IMG/VR virus record: IMGVR_UViG_3300010352_000284
Location: 1-64,000 of that record
DNA from: a virus
Lineage: Duplodnaviria > Caudoviricetes
Length of the DNA: 64,000 bases
Reading direction: 5' to 3' (one strand)
Below the pieces are notes generated by a model. The model was not told the DNA's origin. It made no database searches and saw only the letters and a list, made by a program, of their open reading frames with translations. Within the stretch, counting starts at the first letter, position 1; each line of letters begins with the position of its first letter. The position numbers were made by a program, and so were the translations under genes. Below, piece after piece: positions 37,434 to 48,675 of the stretch.

Positions 37434-38621
37434 ATGAACATTGTAATAGTTCCTTCTCACAATCAAGCTGAGAATATTGATAAGATTATAGCTGGATATG
37501 ATAAGCAAACAGTTCCTCCAGATTTGTTGATATTTGTTCTTGATAGATGCACCGACAATTCAAGAGAGGTTTTTTCAAGAAAGCAAAGCAAGATTCGGAA
37601 AGTCTGTCTTATAAAAAATTCAGGAGATAATTTTACAGCGGGAGCAACAAGAGATTATGGATTATCTTATGTTGAAGAGAACTATCCAGAATATACAAAT
37701 GTGATTTTTACAGATGGCGATTGTGTGCCTTGCGAAAAACTTGTAGAAATTCATTTAGATTGTTTGTCTCAGTCATCAAAACCAGCAGTATCTTGCGGTA
37801 TGAGAATAATGGTTCAGCAGGATGGGTCAGAGAAACAAGATGAACGACTTGATGAATCTTGGACAAATGATTATTCGTTCACTGACAAGAATGCGAGATT
37901 GTTAATATCCTCAAGAGTTACATTAGAGAGTATTTTCACATATTCTTGTAATTTTGCGTTTAACAAATCAGCAATTTTATTAATAAAGAAAATAAACAAA
38001 CAGTTATCAAATAAATCTAGACTATTCAACCCTGAGTTCGATGGAAGTTGGGGAGGTGAAGATAATTTTATTTCGGATTGTTTGTATAGAACAGGAAATA
38101 ACATTTTACTAACATCAAAAGAATGTTATGTGAAACATCAATGGCATAAAGAAGCTGATAAATCCGATATTGGGAAGAAACGACATATTGTAATCAGATT
38201 ATCGGAACGTTTGAAATCTTTAATTTTGAAAGAACAAATTCCTGGAGAATTTTCTATATTTGAGAAAAACCGAAATATTTTATTACCTACAAAATTCATT
38301 CATCAAGAACTTAGTAATATAAAAAAAATTGTAAAAGCCGAATCGGGCTTAAGTATTATTGATGAAATTAAATACCCTTTTGAGATTTATGGAGATGATA
38401 TATTAACAATAAAATATATGTTGTCTAGGAATAAAATAACAATCGCTGCTACAGAATTTAATGGTCCTAAATATGTTGAATATACTAGAACAGATTTCTT
38501 AACAGATTTCTTAACACATATTAAAATATATTTACGAAATGATTCTTTTGAAATTGATTCTTCGTTCAAACCTATGAAATCTCTAAATAATATCATGAGG
38601 ACTCAATCGTGGACAATTTGA
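37434..38621 (+). CDS. Family-2 (GT-A) glycosyltransferase, copy 2
   Basis: PSHNQ, VLDRCTDNS, FTDGDCVP (DxD), FDGSWGGEDN, HQWH; between gp25 and gp6, overlapping the gp6 start. Confidence 0.88.
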   Translation: MNIVIVPSHNQAENIDKIIAGYDKQTVPPDLLIFVLDRCTDNSREVFSRKQSKIRKVCLIKNSGDNFTAGATRDYGLSYVEENYPEYTNVIFTDGDCVPCEKLVEIHLDCLSQSSKPAVSCGMRIMVQQDGSEKQDERLDESWTNDYSFTDKNARLLISSRVTLESIFTYSCNFAFNKSAILLIKKINKQLSNKSRLFNPEFDGSWGGEDNFISDCLYRTGNNILLTSKECYVKHQWHKEADKSDIGKKRHIVIRLSERLKSLILKEQIPGEFSIFEKNRNILLPTKFIHQELSNIKKIVKAESGLSIIDEIKYPFEIYGDDILTIKYMLSRNKITIAATEFNGPKYVEYTRTDFLTDFLTHIKIYLRNDSFEIDSSFKPMKSLNNIMRTQSWTI

Positions 38622-41209
38622 ACTATACGAATCTAACTTATACTGAATTAAAGCAGGGTCTTGTTTCGAGAATGTCACAAGACCCGAGGTTTTCAAATTT
38701 CACAGAATCAGAATTAAATACAGTATTATTAGAAATATTCGCAGCTACTACGGATTTCACAAACTATTATATTGGTCGCCGTGCGGAAGAATCTTTCTTA
38801 GATTCTGCCAAGCTTAGAAGTTCGGTTGTAATGCTTTCTAAGATGCTTGGTTATGTTGTTCAAAGACCAATTCCATCAACCACATCGATTCAGGTTAAAA
38901 TCAAATCAGGAACTCTTGGGCAAATATTTACATTACCAAAAGGAACTTCATTTTCTTACAACGGTAATAGTTATGTACTAAAAGATACAATATCATATAC
39001 AATAACTCAAGACGATGTTAATAATTTTGCAACAGATCCTTCATATGTTATTATTCTTGAGTTCTATGATATTAATGACAAAGGAATATTAAAAGCTTCA
39101 GATGAGATTGAAGATTCCAATAAGATTCCAGTTTATCTAATTCAAGGTGAGTTTAAGACGTTTGAAGTGGCTCCTACTAATAACAATCAATTAAACACCA
39201 GATTCCAAACATATAAGATTTTTGATAAAGACTTTTCAAACGTGTTTGGTACCGAAGATTATGGATATGACAATTCAACAGGATATATCGATGTAACTTC
39301 AAATTATACAAGAGTTGGTGTTGGTGAAAATGAATCAGAAGCATTTGCTGATGATATGTCTGTTTTTGGAGCTTCAGGGGAATTTTATATTGACCGCCGT
39401 TCTTTCTTAAATGATGCTACAATAAACATGCTATCTGCTACAGGAACAGGGGCGACTACAAAATACTGTGTTGTCAGAACTGCGATTGATGATAATGTAG
39501 AAATTTTATTTGCCGATGATAGCATTGGTAAAATTGGTCCAAAGAATAACGAATCATTATTTGTTAGATATTTCTCAACAAAAGGTTCATTTGCTAATGA
39601 AGTAGGTGCTGCTGGAAAGATGATTCAATGTCAGTCCTCCAATTTCGGCACTGGATTTGGAACAGCAAATGTTGATTTTTATCTCCGAAAAAATATAACT
39701 GGAGGAGCAGATAAAGAAAGCATAGAATCTATTAAGGTCAATTCCCCAGGCATTTTCTATTCATTGGATCGATGCGTTTCTTCAAAAGACTATGTTAATT
39801 TTTTGAAGACTTTAACATCTCCTATAAATGTGAAGAATGCGATTGCTTGGGGTGAACAGGAAGAAACCAAAGATGGAAATGTTTCAAACTTAAAGATGTT
39901 CAATGTTGTTCTATTCAGCATCCTTGGAGAAATGTATCATAAAGACCAAGACGTTTATACAAGATTGTCAAATTCAACAGATTCTTACACATTGACAGCA
40001 AATAATCAATGGTTTAATTTATTAGTTGCTAGTGATTCAGTTACTCCTTTGAGAGATGATAACTTTGATGCGGAACAAGATGTTGGTTTGGTATATTCTA
40101 AATTAAAAAATCGTTCCCAAGTTACTGTTAAAAATGTTTATATTAGTCCAATCATAAAAGATTTGAAGATAACAGGATATATTTATTTGAATCCTCTTGC
40201 TGATAGAATTAAAACGAATCAGAAAATAACTGATGCGGTGTATGGGTATCTAAATGAAAATGCAGACTTTGACACAAGAGTTTATATTTCTAAATTAATT
40301 GAAATCATAGAATCCTTCTCAGAAGTAAAACATGCTGATATTAAATTAATATCAAATCTTGAGAATTATCAAGACGCAGATTCTTTTTATGTTACATCCG
40401 ATTCTTTAGCATTCTCAGCAACATCAGCATCATATTCAACGGACCCTATTGGAAAGGTTTATAATTCTAAAATAAACGAACGGGAAGTTTCGTCTCCAGA
40501 ACTTGTATCGTGCTATTCATTATATCTCTCTCAATTATCAAAATTCACATCTGCTTATTCTGATGGAACTAAGCAGGCAATTATAATGGCAATGCCAGGG
40601 TTGGAAACCAAAACATTCAAGATTGATCCAGCTTTGAATGGAAATCAAAATTTTGTTAGAACTGAACTTGTGTGGCCATCAAATAATATATGGAATAAAA
40701 AAAATTGTAGTTATGGAAGTGTGATAGATTCTTCAACAGACATTATAACAAATTTTGTACCTTCTGAGAGAAATTTTTATATTGGAATGATGAAATGTGT
40801 ATATGAAAAACTTAAATCTTTAGGTATTTCGCAGGATTCAGTAAATACAATAAATAAAAAACTTGAAGCGTATTATTCAAACAGCAGCCAATGTGTTGGA
40901 TGCTCTCTTAGAACAATTCAAAACGAAGTAACTCATTCCTCATCAAATTTAAGTTGGGAACATTTCCATCGTTGGTTTCTTCCTGTTCACCCCAAGCAAT
41001 CGCATGTTTATAATTCAAATCCTATTGAAATACAGGATTTTTTGGATACACATTTTGAAATTGTATGTGATATGTTTAGAAATTCTTTTATAAATAGTCT
41101 TCAAAATTCAGTTCTTGATGCATATTCAAATGCTTCGATATTCTCTATGAAAAATGAAATTGTCAGAATAAAAGCTCCAGATTTGTCACAATATATTTAT
41201 TATAAATAA
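38609..41209 (+). CDS. gp6: Baseplate wedge protein, T4 gp6-like
   Basis: ESFLDSAKLRSSVV..SK.LGY....P; ITGGADKESIESIK.N.P....RCVS..DY. Confidence 0.9.
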   Translation: MDNLNYTNLTYTELKQGLVSRMSQDPRFSNFTESELNTVLLEIFAATTDFTNYYIGRRAEESFLDSAKLRSSVVMLSKMLGYVVQRPIPSTTSIQVKIKSGTLGQIFTLPKGTSFSYNGNSYVLKDTISYTITQDDVNNFATDPSYVIILEFYDINDKGILKASDEIEDSNKIPVYLIQGEFKTFEVAPTNNNQLNTRFQTYKIFDKDFSNVFGTEDYGYDNSTGYIDVTSNYTRVGVGENESEAFADDMSVFGASGEFYIDRRSFLNDATINMLSATGTGATTKYCVVRTAIDDNVEILFADDSIGKIGPKNNESLFVRYFSTKGSFANEVGAAGKMIQCQSSNFGTGFGTANVDFYLRKNITGGADKESIESIKVNSPGIFYSLDRCVSSKDYVNFLKTLTSPINVKNAIAWGEQEETKDGNVSNLKMFNVVLFSILGEMYHKDQDVYTRLSNSTDSYTLTANNQWFNLLVASDSVTPLRDDNFDAEQDVGLVYSKLKNRSQVTVKNVYISPIIKDLKITGYIYLNPLADRIKTNQKITDAVYGYLNENADFDTRVYISKLIEIIESFSEVKHADIKLISNLENYQDADSFYVTSDSLAFSATSASYSTDPIGKVYNSKINEREVSSPELVSCYSLYLSQLSKFTSAYSDGTKQAIIMAMPGLETKTFKIDPALNGNQNFVRTELVWPSNNIWNKKNCSYGSVIDSSTDIITNFVPSERNFYIGMMKCVYEKLKSLGISQDSVNTINKKLEAYYSNSSQCVGCSLRTIQNEVTHSSSNLSWEHFHRWFLPVHPKQSHVYNSNPIEIQDFLDTHFEIVCDMFRNSFINSLQNSVLDAYSNASIFSMKNEIVRIKAPDLSQYIYYK
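41201..41208 (+). promoter_or_regulatory. T4-type late promoter TATAAATA
   Basis: Exact consensus followed by GGAG and ATG 41227. Confidence 0.65.
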
Positions 41210-41226
41210 CTTTGACGGAGAATATT

Positions 41227-44200
41227 ATGTCAAAGATAGATTTGCGTGTTACTAAAGGCCAGAATTATAATGATAATTCTTTATATTCATTAAGCTTTGA
41301 ACTACAAAACAATGATACCTCGGCTGTAAGTTTGTCGGGTATTAGAATTGTAGGAAACTTTTGGTCACAATCTCCATCATATTCAAATTTAACTTCCGGA
41401 ATTTATAGTAATGGTATTATTAAGCAAATTGTTAGTGCTTCATCTGACAATTCTTCTCAAACCGGTATTGTTCAATTATCCAATACTCAATCAGTGTATC
41501 GTGTAAACCATCAAATGATAGACAGTTCAAAAATAGCACCAATTGTTACTTTAAATATACCAGCAAATGGATATTACATTTCTCCCGTTAGTGTTACAAA
41601 CCGAACAGATTTTTACTTTGACATTATTTTAACTGAAATTCCACCATCAAATAATTATTCGGTTTCGTGGTTTATACCAAATACTGCGGAAACTTATTCT
41701 GGAATTACAACGGCAGTCGATAGCCCAAAAATTTCTTTCATATCAGCAGCACCATCAGTACGTGTTGATTCTAGAAGAAGTGACTCAAAATTTATCATCG
41801 GTTGGGCAGATTCAAAAAGCATACCATCTAACTGCGCGTTGATAAGTGCTAATTATTATATTAAACCAACTTCCGGAAACTTTTTTTATTCATCAAAACC
41901 TAATAATCATTGGTATAGCAAACTTTCAGATTCTACGATTTGCATAGATGACTCGTTCTTTTCTTTAGAACAATGGAACGGATCAGCCTGGATGCCAGTT
42001 TCGGAATATAATGAATATGGTATGATTGATTCAGGCATGGTATACGGACCCACAATGTCTAACCAATTAACATATATTTCAACGTCCGCCGATTATTCTG
42101 TTTATATTCAAAGTGGTTCAAGCAATCCATTATCGGCAAATAAAAGTGATAAGAATATTTTAAAATTAAACAGCACAGGAGCAGCAAAGGCACGTTCATT
42201 AATAAAATTTAATAGTCTAAATATTCCAACATCAGCAACTTCTATCAGAAACGCAGTCCTCAGAATAACAACAAATGCCATTTCGAATGGATGGACTTAT
42301 ACAGGAACTTCTGGTAACGTATCGGTACATCGTATCACAAGAGATTGGAATCCATCAGAAGCAACTTGGACTTCAGCCACAGTATTTTCTCCATGGACAT
42401 CCCAGGGAGGAGATTTTGAAGATTCGTCAAATATTTGGATTGGAAATACTAACTTAAACAATTCTTTTACATCGGCTAGCTCAAATTCAGCTTTTTATGT
42501 TGATGTTAATGTTACGGATATTGTTGAATATTGGAGGCAAAATCCATCAGAAAATTATGGGTTTGCTGTTAAATTAAATCCAGCAATTCAGGAAAATAGT
42601 ATTTCAGCAGTATCATATTCCATTAATTCTTCAAGATCAACTTCAGGAACACCAACATTATTTGTAGCATATAACTCTCCAAATAGCAATGGCCCAGTAC
42701 CAAATGTTACAATTGAATCACCATCAAGCAATTCGTCTATTATTAATAGTTGCGATTTTGTAGTTTCTACGAATATTCTGGCAGGAGCAGTTTCGGATGT
42801 AAAGATATATCAGCAAACAGATTCTATGAATAATGTGTATATCGGTTCTTTGAAATATACTAGCAATAATATGTGGACTGGAACATTGCCCCTAAATGTA
42901 TCAGCAACGACTATAAAATTGTTTGCTAGGGCGGAATCTGATCTCGGTGTATATGGATTTAGTGATATTATTCAGTACACCGTTGTAAATGTATCAAATC
43001 CTATTATAAATCCTATGGGAATATTTTGTTATTCTGACGATTTTAATGTTAGTGGATCATATTTTCAATCAGCGCCAAACTCAATATTAGTCGAATATTC
43101 AGGGAATTATATACCCGATACTTTGAAAATAAACAAAATTGTGGAAGATAAAATTTTTCCAAACGTTATATGGTTTACAACTTCTAATAATGGTCTTTGG
43201 AGATATGATCCGGCTACAGGAGTTGCTAAAAATTATAATACACAAAATTCGCCAATACTGAGTGACAATATATATGCCATTGCAACAAAATATGATGGAA
43301 ACATTTATATTGGTTGTCGTCAACTAGATTCGGTAATTGGTATAGGAATTGTAAGATTTGATGGAAATAATTGGAATTCGTTTACTGATAATGATTGGGA
43401 GATTTTTGATAAATCTAATTCAACATTAACGGACTTCTCAAATATTGATGTTTCGTCAATTATAGTTGATTCGAGCGATAATGTTTGGTTTGGCTTTTCT
43501 TGGCAGACCGCACAAAATATTTTAAGAATGGTTGGCAATAATATAAACAGCCCATTTATTCAAAAATATACTGCGGATAATTCTGGTATAAACAACATGA
43601 AATATGAAAATGGAAAGCTTGTTGTTTGTCATCAGAATACATCAATAAGCTTATATTCGTCTGCTTCAAATAATTTTTCTACAATTACAAATTCATATTC
43701 AAATGCACGAGATATTTCAGTAGATTCTTCTGGAAACTTGTGGGTTTGTAATGATGGCGGATTATCATTTTATAAAACCTCGACATCGACATGGACATAC
43801 GCAAATGATACAAATACTCCAGCTTGGCCTAATGGATTGAATGGTAATTCTACACATTTTAGAAATAATTCATGTAACTTTATAATTCTTAGTGGAACGA
43901 ATAAATATTTTGGATTTGATACTGGAAATTCAAACCAATATAATGGGGGACTTGTTAAATATACAGGAACTACATTTGATTTGAGTGCTACATCAAGTAC
44001 AAATAATTGGTCGGTTATTGATAAAGATACTACAATTTCTTTCTTATCAAATAAAACAAAATCTGGAGTAATTACCACAAATGGAACTTTATGGGTTTCA
44101 ACTGATACTGGTATTACTAAATTAAATTCCGTATGGAGTTCTCCTAGCAAAAAGAAAATAATTCAAACATCTGCCGTCAATAATGGGAATTGGTCTTCCA

Positions 44201-47200
44201 CAATTTCGGATATTCAATATTCTACACCAATTAATATAGATGTTAAATTTGACTATGATAATTATGTTTTATCAGCATCTACCATACTTAGCGCGGGAAG
44301 GAATCCAATAATTACAAGAGTATATCCAACCCAATCAGACATTTCTATATATAGCAACGATAGTAAATTGTTTGAATTTTCTGTGTCTGGGGTTGATTTT
44401 ACTCATGGAGAAACCGCAACATATGAAGTTTATAAAAGCGCAGATAATATTAATTGGTTTTTATTTGATGCGGCTTCCGTTACAAAAAATATCACAATAT
44501 ATGATACTCCAACTTCAGGACAATCGGTTTGGTATTATGTAAATGTAGTTTCAAATTATGGATGCTCAGCAACATCACAAAAAGTATTAGCTTATGGAAA
44601 TATTGCACCAACAATAACAATTTCGTCACAATCGTCAGCATATAATACATCAACATCTGCTACAATTTCTGGAACATTTTATGATTTAGATTTTGGGAAA
44701 ACTATTACTATTAATTCTTCTTCTAGATATGATTCTGTTAGCGCAATAACAGTTTCATCTGATAAAGGATATATAGGAAATGCCAATATTGTATATCAGC
44801 AAACAGGGGCCATTCCAGGGATGTGGAATTTAATTTGGAATAATCCAACTGCTTCAGCTACAAAAATATCAGCAACAATATATGATACTTTTGGCAAAAA
44901 TTCAACAGCATCATCTTCAATTTCTTCTGTAAAAACAGCTCCAATAATTACTTTATTGAATCCACCAACATCCGGAATTTTTTCATATCAAGCAAACCCT
45001 GTAACAGTTAGTGCAACGGTTTTTGGAACGTCTAATATTTCGGCAGTTGATTTTTACTTATCCGGAACAACATCGACATTAATAGGAGCCGCATCTTTAT
45101 CAGGTTCAACTTGGTACAAAACATTTAATGTTAGTGCTGTTTTGTCCTCTTTTAATAATATTGGTGGAACTTATGGAATTTTCGCGTCAGCAATTGATTC
45201 AAATAGTTTGACGGCGATCTCGGAAGTTCATCCAATATCAGCAAACAATCTTCCACAATTCTTTCTAACAAACCCTGTTGGCCAATCTTGTCATTCAGGA
45301 ACTATTGTTATTGAAGGAAATGTTTCAGATAAGGATAATTCAAATGAAAATCTTGTTGAAATGTATGTCGGTGGTACGAAAATAACAAGCGCAATGACAA
45401 CTGCGAAGAAGTTTTTATATTCGTGGACAAATCCAACAACAGGAATATTTGATATCACCTTCACCACTCGAGATTCTGCATTGTCTGCCGATTATTCAAA
45501 TACCACTTATACGTTATCTGCTGGTCAGAAACCAACAATTACCGTGTATGATAACTATACGCATGGAATAAAAAATGATTCAACTGTGATTCCATATATT
45601 AATGTTGTAGGAACTTCGGCAATAGTATCCGCAAGTTCGTCTTCGGCTGATTCATATTCTATAAACTATTGGTATTGTGATAGTTCCGAAGCAAAAACAA
45701 CATTAATATCTGCTAATACAACATCAGCAAACGTTACATTCCAAAAATCATTTGGAAGCACAACAAACATTTTGGTAGAAACTGTTACGATTGCTGGATG
45801 CTCTGATGCTCGTATTCTAAAATTTTATACACTTCAGCCAATAGTTGAACTTGAAAATTTTAATAATTGCTCTGAGAAAATAAGAATAGCCGGAACATTA
45901 GATTTTGATGGTATAATTGGAACAAATTCTTTAATAGATACAACATTTATAGCTAAATTATACGCTGATGATGTATATATTTCAGATTTAACACTTTCTC
46001 AATATGGGGCAAAATATAGATTTGATTATTTGTGGGAAACCCCAATTGTTGGTACATCTAGTTTGAAATTTGAATGTGCTACTTCTTATGGAAATTACAG
46101 CACAACTAAGCAAATTCTCCCAATAATGCCAAGCACAGTAATTAATCAAATAGTCCCATCAGAATTTATATCAAATTATAACAACATTTATATCGTGTCA
46201 GCTAATTCGATTCAGTTAAGTTCTTCTATTTTAGATGTTGCTACAAATCAAATAATTATAGAAACTGAGAACTCGATTAATGTAGCTTATTCAAATTCAA
46301 GTTCAGCTATTATTGGATTGAAAAAAGATATTCTTTATAATATCAAATCAATAATTACGACAAATGGTGGATGTCAATTGATTTCCGATTACATCACTAT
46401 TATTAGAACAGATTATTCTCAAAAAATAACAAATGTCGCGTCGGTTGGCTGTAGCAATTCGTTGATGAGCGTCGCTGGATATATTGGAAAACTAAGAAAT
46501 ATAACTGGAAACTATGATTCATCAGCAACTCCAAATATTTTAATTACCGAAACAATTAATAGTGATGTTTATGAGCAGCCATCAAATACGTTAATATATT
46601 CGGTTTCAGCAGACTCATTAAATAATTATCAAGATGTTAATTCTATTGGATTTGTATTTGATTATTATCCGTCTGTTGGTACGAGTTCGATTCAATTATC
46701 ATCAAATTCATCCTTGTTTAATTCTTATACAACCAGCATTGTTATACCTACAATTGTTTCAGCACAGGCGGTTAATTTAACAGCAGCATCAACTACAGTT
46801 GCTATAGGAAATTCCTTATCAATAGGAATACAGGATTATTCAAATTTAGCAAGTTGCATTATTTATGCGAATGATAATATTATAGCATCTTCATTTACAA
46901 CATCATGGATTCCTATGTATCCAGGAATTTATAATATTGTAGCAAAAACAAAAAATATTAATGGGTGCCCAATCAATTCTAATATCTTAACAATAACAGT
47001 TACATCAATGCCTGTTGGAGTAATTACAACACCCGCAAATAATTCCTATATAATGTCAGGAACTCAGTTTGATGTATCTGTTCTAACATCTCCAAGTTAT
47101 TATGGAAATATAAGTGCTGTTGAATTTTATGACAGTACTAACACGTTAATAGATTATGGAACAAATATTGGAAATGTTTGGACTGTTACTGGAGTATCAA

Positions 47201-48645
47201 ATATATCTGGAGTTTATGCTAAAATTTATGATACTTCTTTGTTAAGCGCGACTACCAATAACGTACATATTAATTTAATAATGCCAACAACTACAACAAT
47301 TTCAGCATCTTCAGCGAGTTATAATATGTATGATAATGTCGTGGTAGCTGTTTCGGGATATTCTCCAAATACAGGAATATCAACAATTGAAATATACGAA
47401 GTTGTTGGTACATCATTGGTTTATATTTCTGCTACAAATTCTGAATTGATTATACCAGCGAGTATCTTCGGTCAAGGAAACCACACATTAAGAGCAAAAA
47501 CGATTGATTATTATGGAGCATATTCATATTCCCAAGACATTTCATTCTCAGTTATACCAGCTAGCAAAAACACATTCCCAAAAATTACATATGTTTCTTC
47601 TAATCCTGAAACAAAAATTTCTGAATATGGTAATGAAATTGTTTCAATATTTACAATTTCTGATAACTCTTATGGAATATTAAGTGCTTCAATCGGGGTT
47701 GATAATGGAACAGTTAAGAGCATTACCTCGTTAAATGGGCAAAACAAATACCAGATTGAAGTTGGGGTTTCTGGAACTTGTAATTTAACAGTTTCCGCGA
47801 CGAATAAATTAAATAATACTAAAACCGAGACAATTTATAATTATATTTTCTCGTGTCAAGATAATCGAGATATAAATCTAACAAATTATATTCCAAATCA
47901 CTTAGCATTTGATGACTCTGGTAATACTTCGGAATTTTTCACTTTAACGAAATTCTATGAATATTATTTGAACACACTTTACACAAATTTGGATGAACCA
48001 TGTTCTATTGGTGTCCTGGAAAAAACTTCACGTCTAAGAAATCTCCACGATCCCGATAAAATGGAACTGGATTATATTCAATATTTCGCAAATTACTTGG
48101 GATATAATGTAGATGTCAATAAAGCAGAACTTGGAGGGTTTACAACGTCTCCCAATAGCTCTTCCTACAATGACGGCCCGGACAATTCGGAAATTTTTAG
48201 CGAATATCAGAAAAAAGCATTGCGATTTGTAGTTAGAAATCTTCCAAACTGGTATTCAATTAAAACCACCAGAAATTCGATCAAAATGCTACTGTTATCA
48301 TTTGGAATTTTTGGAGATTTGCTGGAAGTTTATACAAATGATTATACAAACGACTGGTTTATAAATTCTATACCCCCAGGAACTTATGTTGCTGACGATA
48401 TGATTATTGATAGATATCCAACTCCGCACATGTTTGTTGAAATAGATATTAATAGTACGAATTTGAATTACATATATGGTTCTGAACAAAATCTAACATC
48501 ATTATACAAAAGTTTTGATTCGATACGGCCAGCAAACGTAGTATTTGAAGGCATTCTTGGTAAAACTGAGAATTCAACTCAACCAATATATACTGTAAAT
48601 GCTGCTTGTATGATGGAAAAGGACTATTTTATTTCAAACCTCTAA
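41227..48645 (+). CDS. Giant baseplate protein: DNRLRE/CBM96-like domain, beta-propeller, Ig-like repeats, C-terminal gp7/P2-gpI-like domain
   Basis: ARSLIKF...A.LR...HRITRDW....ATW..W...GGD...DVTDIV..W....NYGF; propeller blades (IWFTT.NGLWRYD, VWFG, LWV); DPDKM..DYIQYFANYLGY and WYSIKTT...IK.LL..FG at the C-terminus; follows gp6. Confidence 0.78.
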   Translation: MSKIDLRVTKGQNYNDNSLYSLSFELQNNDTSAVSLSGIRIVGNFWSQSPSYSNLTSGIYSNGIIKQIVSASSDNSSQTGIVQLSNTQSVYRVNHQMIDSSKIAPIVTLNIPANGYYISPVSVTNRTDFYFDIILTEIPPSNNYSVSWFIPNTAETYSGITTAVDSPKISFISAAPSVRVDSRRSDSKFIIGWADSKSIPSNCALISANYYIKPTSGNFFYSSKPNNHWYSKLSDSTICIDDSFFSLEQWNGSAWMPVSEYNEYGMIDSGMVYGPTMSNQLTYISTSADYSVYIQSGSSNPLSANKSDKNILKLNSTGAAKARSLIKFNSLNIPTSATSIRNAVLRITTNAISNGWTYTGTSGNVSVHRITRDWNPSEATWTSATVFSPWTSQGGDFEDSSNIWIGNTNLNNSFTSASSNSAFYVDVNVTDIVEYWRQNPSENYGFAVKLNPAIQENSISAVSYSINSSRSTSGTPTLFVAYNSPNSNGPVPNVTIESPSSNSSIINSCDFVVSTNILAGAVSDVKIYQQTDSMNNVYIGSLKYTSNNMWTGTLPLNVSATTIKLFARAESDLGVYGFSDIIQYTVVNVSNPIINPMGIFCYSDDFNVSGSYFQSAPNSILVEYSGNYIPDTLKINKIVEDKIFPNVIWFTTSNNGLWRYDPATGVAKNYNTQNSPILSDNIYAIATKYDGNIYIGCRQLDSVIGIGIVRFDGNNWNSFTDNDWEIFDKSNSTLTDFSNIDVSSIIVDSSDNVWFGFSWQTAQNILRMVGNNINSPFIQKYTADNSGINNMKYENGKLVVCHQNTSISLYSSASNNFSTITNSYSNARDISVDSSGNLWVCNDGGLSFYKTSTSTWTYANDTNTPAWPNGLNGNSTHFRNNSCNFIILSGTNKYFGFDTGNSNQYNGGLVKYTGTTFDLSATSSTNNWSVIDKDTTISFLSNKTKSGVITTNGTLWVSTDTGITKLNSVWSSPSKKKIIQTSAVNNGNWSSTISDIQYSTPINIDVKFDYDNYVLSASTILSAGRNPIITRVYPTQSDISIYSNDSKLFEFSVSGVDFTHGETATYEVYKSADNINWFLFDAASVTKNITIYDTPTSGQSVWYYVNVVSNYGCSATSQKVLAYGNIAPTITISSQSSAYNTSTSATISGTFYDLDFGKTITINSSSRYDSVSAITVSSDKGYIGNANIVYQQTGAIPGMWNLIWNNPTASATKISATIYDTFGKNSTASSSISSVKTAPIITLLNPPTSGIFSYQANPVTVSATVFGTSNISAVDFYLSGTTSTLIGAASLSGSTWYKTFNVSAVLSSFNNIGGTYGIFASAIDSNSLTAISEVHPISANNLPQFFLTNPVGQSCHSGTIVIEGNVSDKDNSNENLVEMYVGGTKITSAMTTAKKFLYSWTNPTTGIFDITFTTRDSALSADYSNTTYTLSAGQKPTITVYDNYTHGIKNDSTVIPYINVVGTSAIVSASSSSADSYSINYWYCDSSEAKTTLISANTTSANVTFQKSFGSTTNILVETVTIAGCSDARILKFYTLQPIVELENFNNCSEKIRIAGTLDFDGIIGTNSLIDTTFIAKLYADDVYISDLTLSQYGAKYRFDYLWETPIVGTSSLKFECATSYGNYSTTKQILPIMPSTVINQIVPSEFISNYNNIYIVSANSIQLSSSILDVATNQIIIETENSINVAYSNSSSAIIGLKKDILYNIKSIITTNGGCQLISDYITIIRTDYSQKITNVASVGCSNSLMSVAGYIGKLRNITGNYDSSATPNILITETINSDVYEQPSNTLIYSVSADSLNNYQDVNSIGFVFDYYPSVGTSSIQLSSNSSLFNSYTTSIVIPTIVSAQAVNLTAASTTVAIGNSLSIGIQDYSNLASCIIYANDNIIASSFTTSWIPMYPGIYNIVAKTKNINGCPINSNILTITVTSMPVGVITTPANNSYIMSGTQFDVSVLTSPSYYGNISAVEFYDSTNTLIDYGTNIGNVWTVTGVSNISGVYAKIYDTSLLSATTNNVHINLIMPTTTTISASSASYNMYDNVVVAVSGYSPNTGISTIEIYEVVGTSLVYISATNSELIIPASIFGQGNHTLRAKTIDYYGAYSYSQDISFSVIPASKNTFPKITYVSSNPETKISEYGNEIVSIFTISDNSYGILSASIGVDNGTVKSITSLNGQNKYQIEVGVSGTCNLTVSATNKLNNTKTETIYNYIFSCQDNRDINLTNYIPNHLAFDDSGNTSEFFTLTKFYEYYLNTLYTNLDEPCSIGVLEKTSRLRNLHDPDKMELDYIQYFANYLGYNVDVNKAELGGFTTSPNSSSYNDGPDNSEIFSEYQKKALRFVVRNLPNWYSIKTTRNSIKMLLLSFGIFGDLLEVYTNDYTNDWFINSIPPGTYVADDMIIDRYPTPHMFVEIDINSTNLNYIYGSEQNLTSLYKSFDSIRPANVVFEGILGKTENSTQPIYTVNAACMMEKDYFISNL

Positions 48646-48675
48646 ATAGTTTAGTAAATAAATGATGAGGCATAA

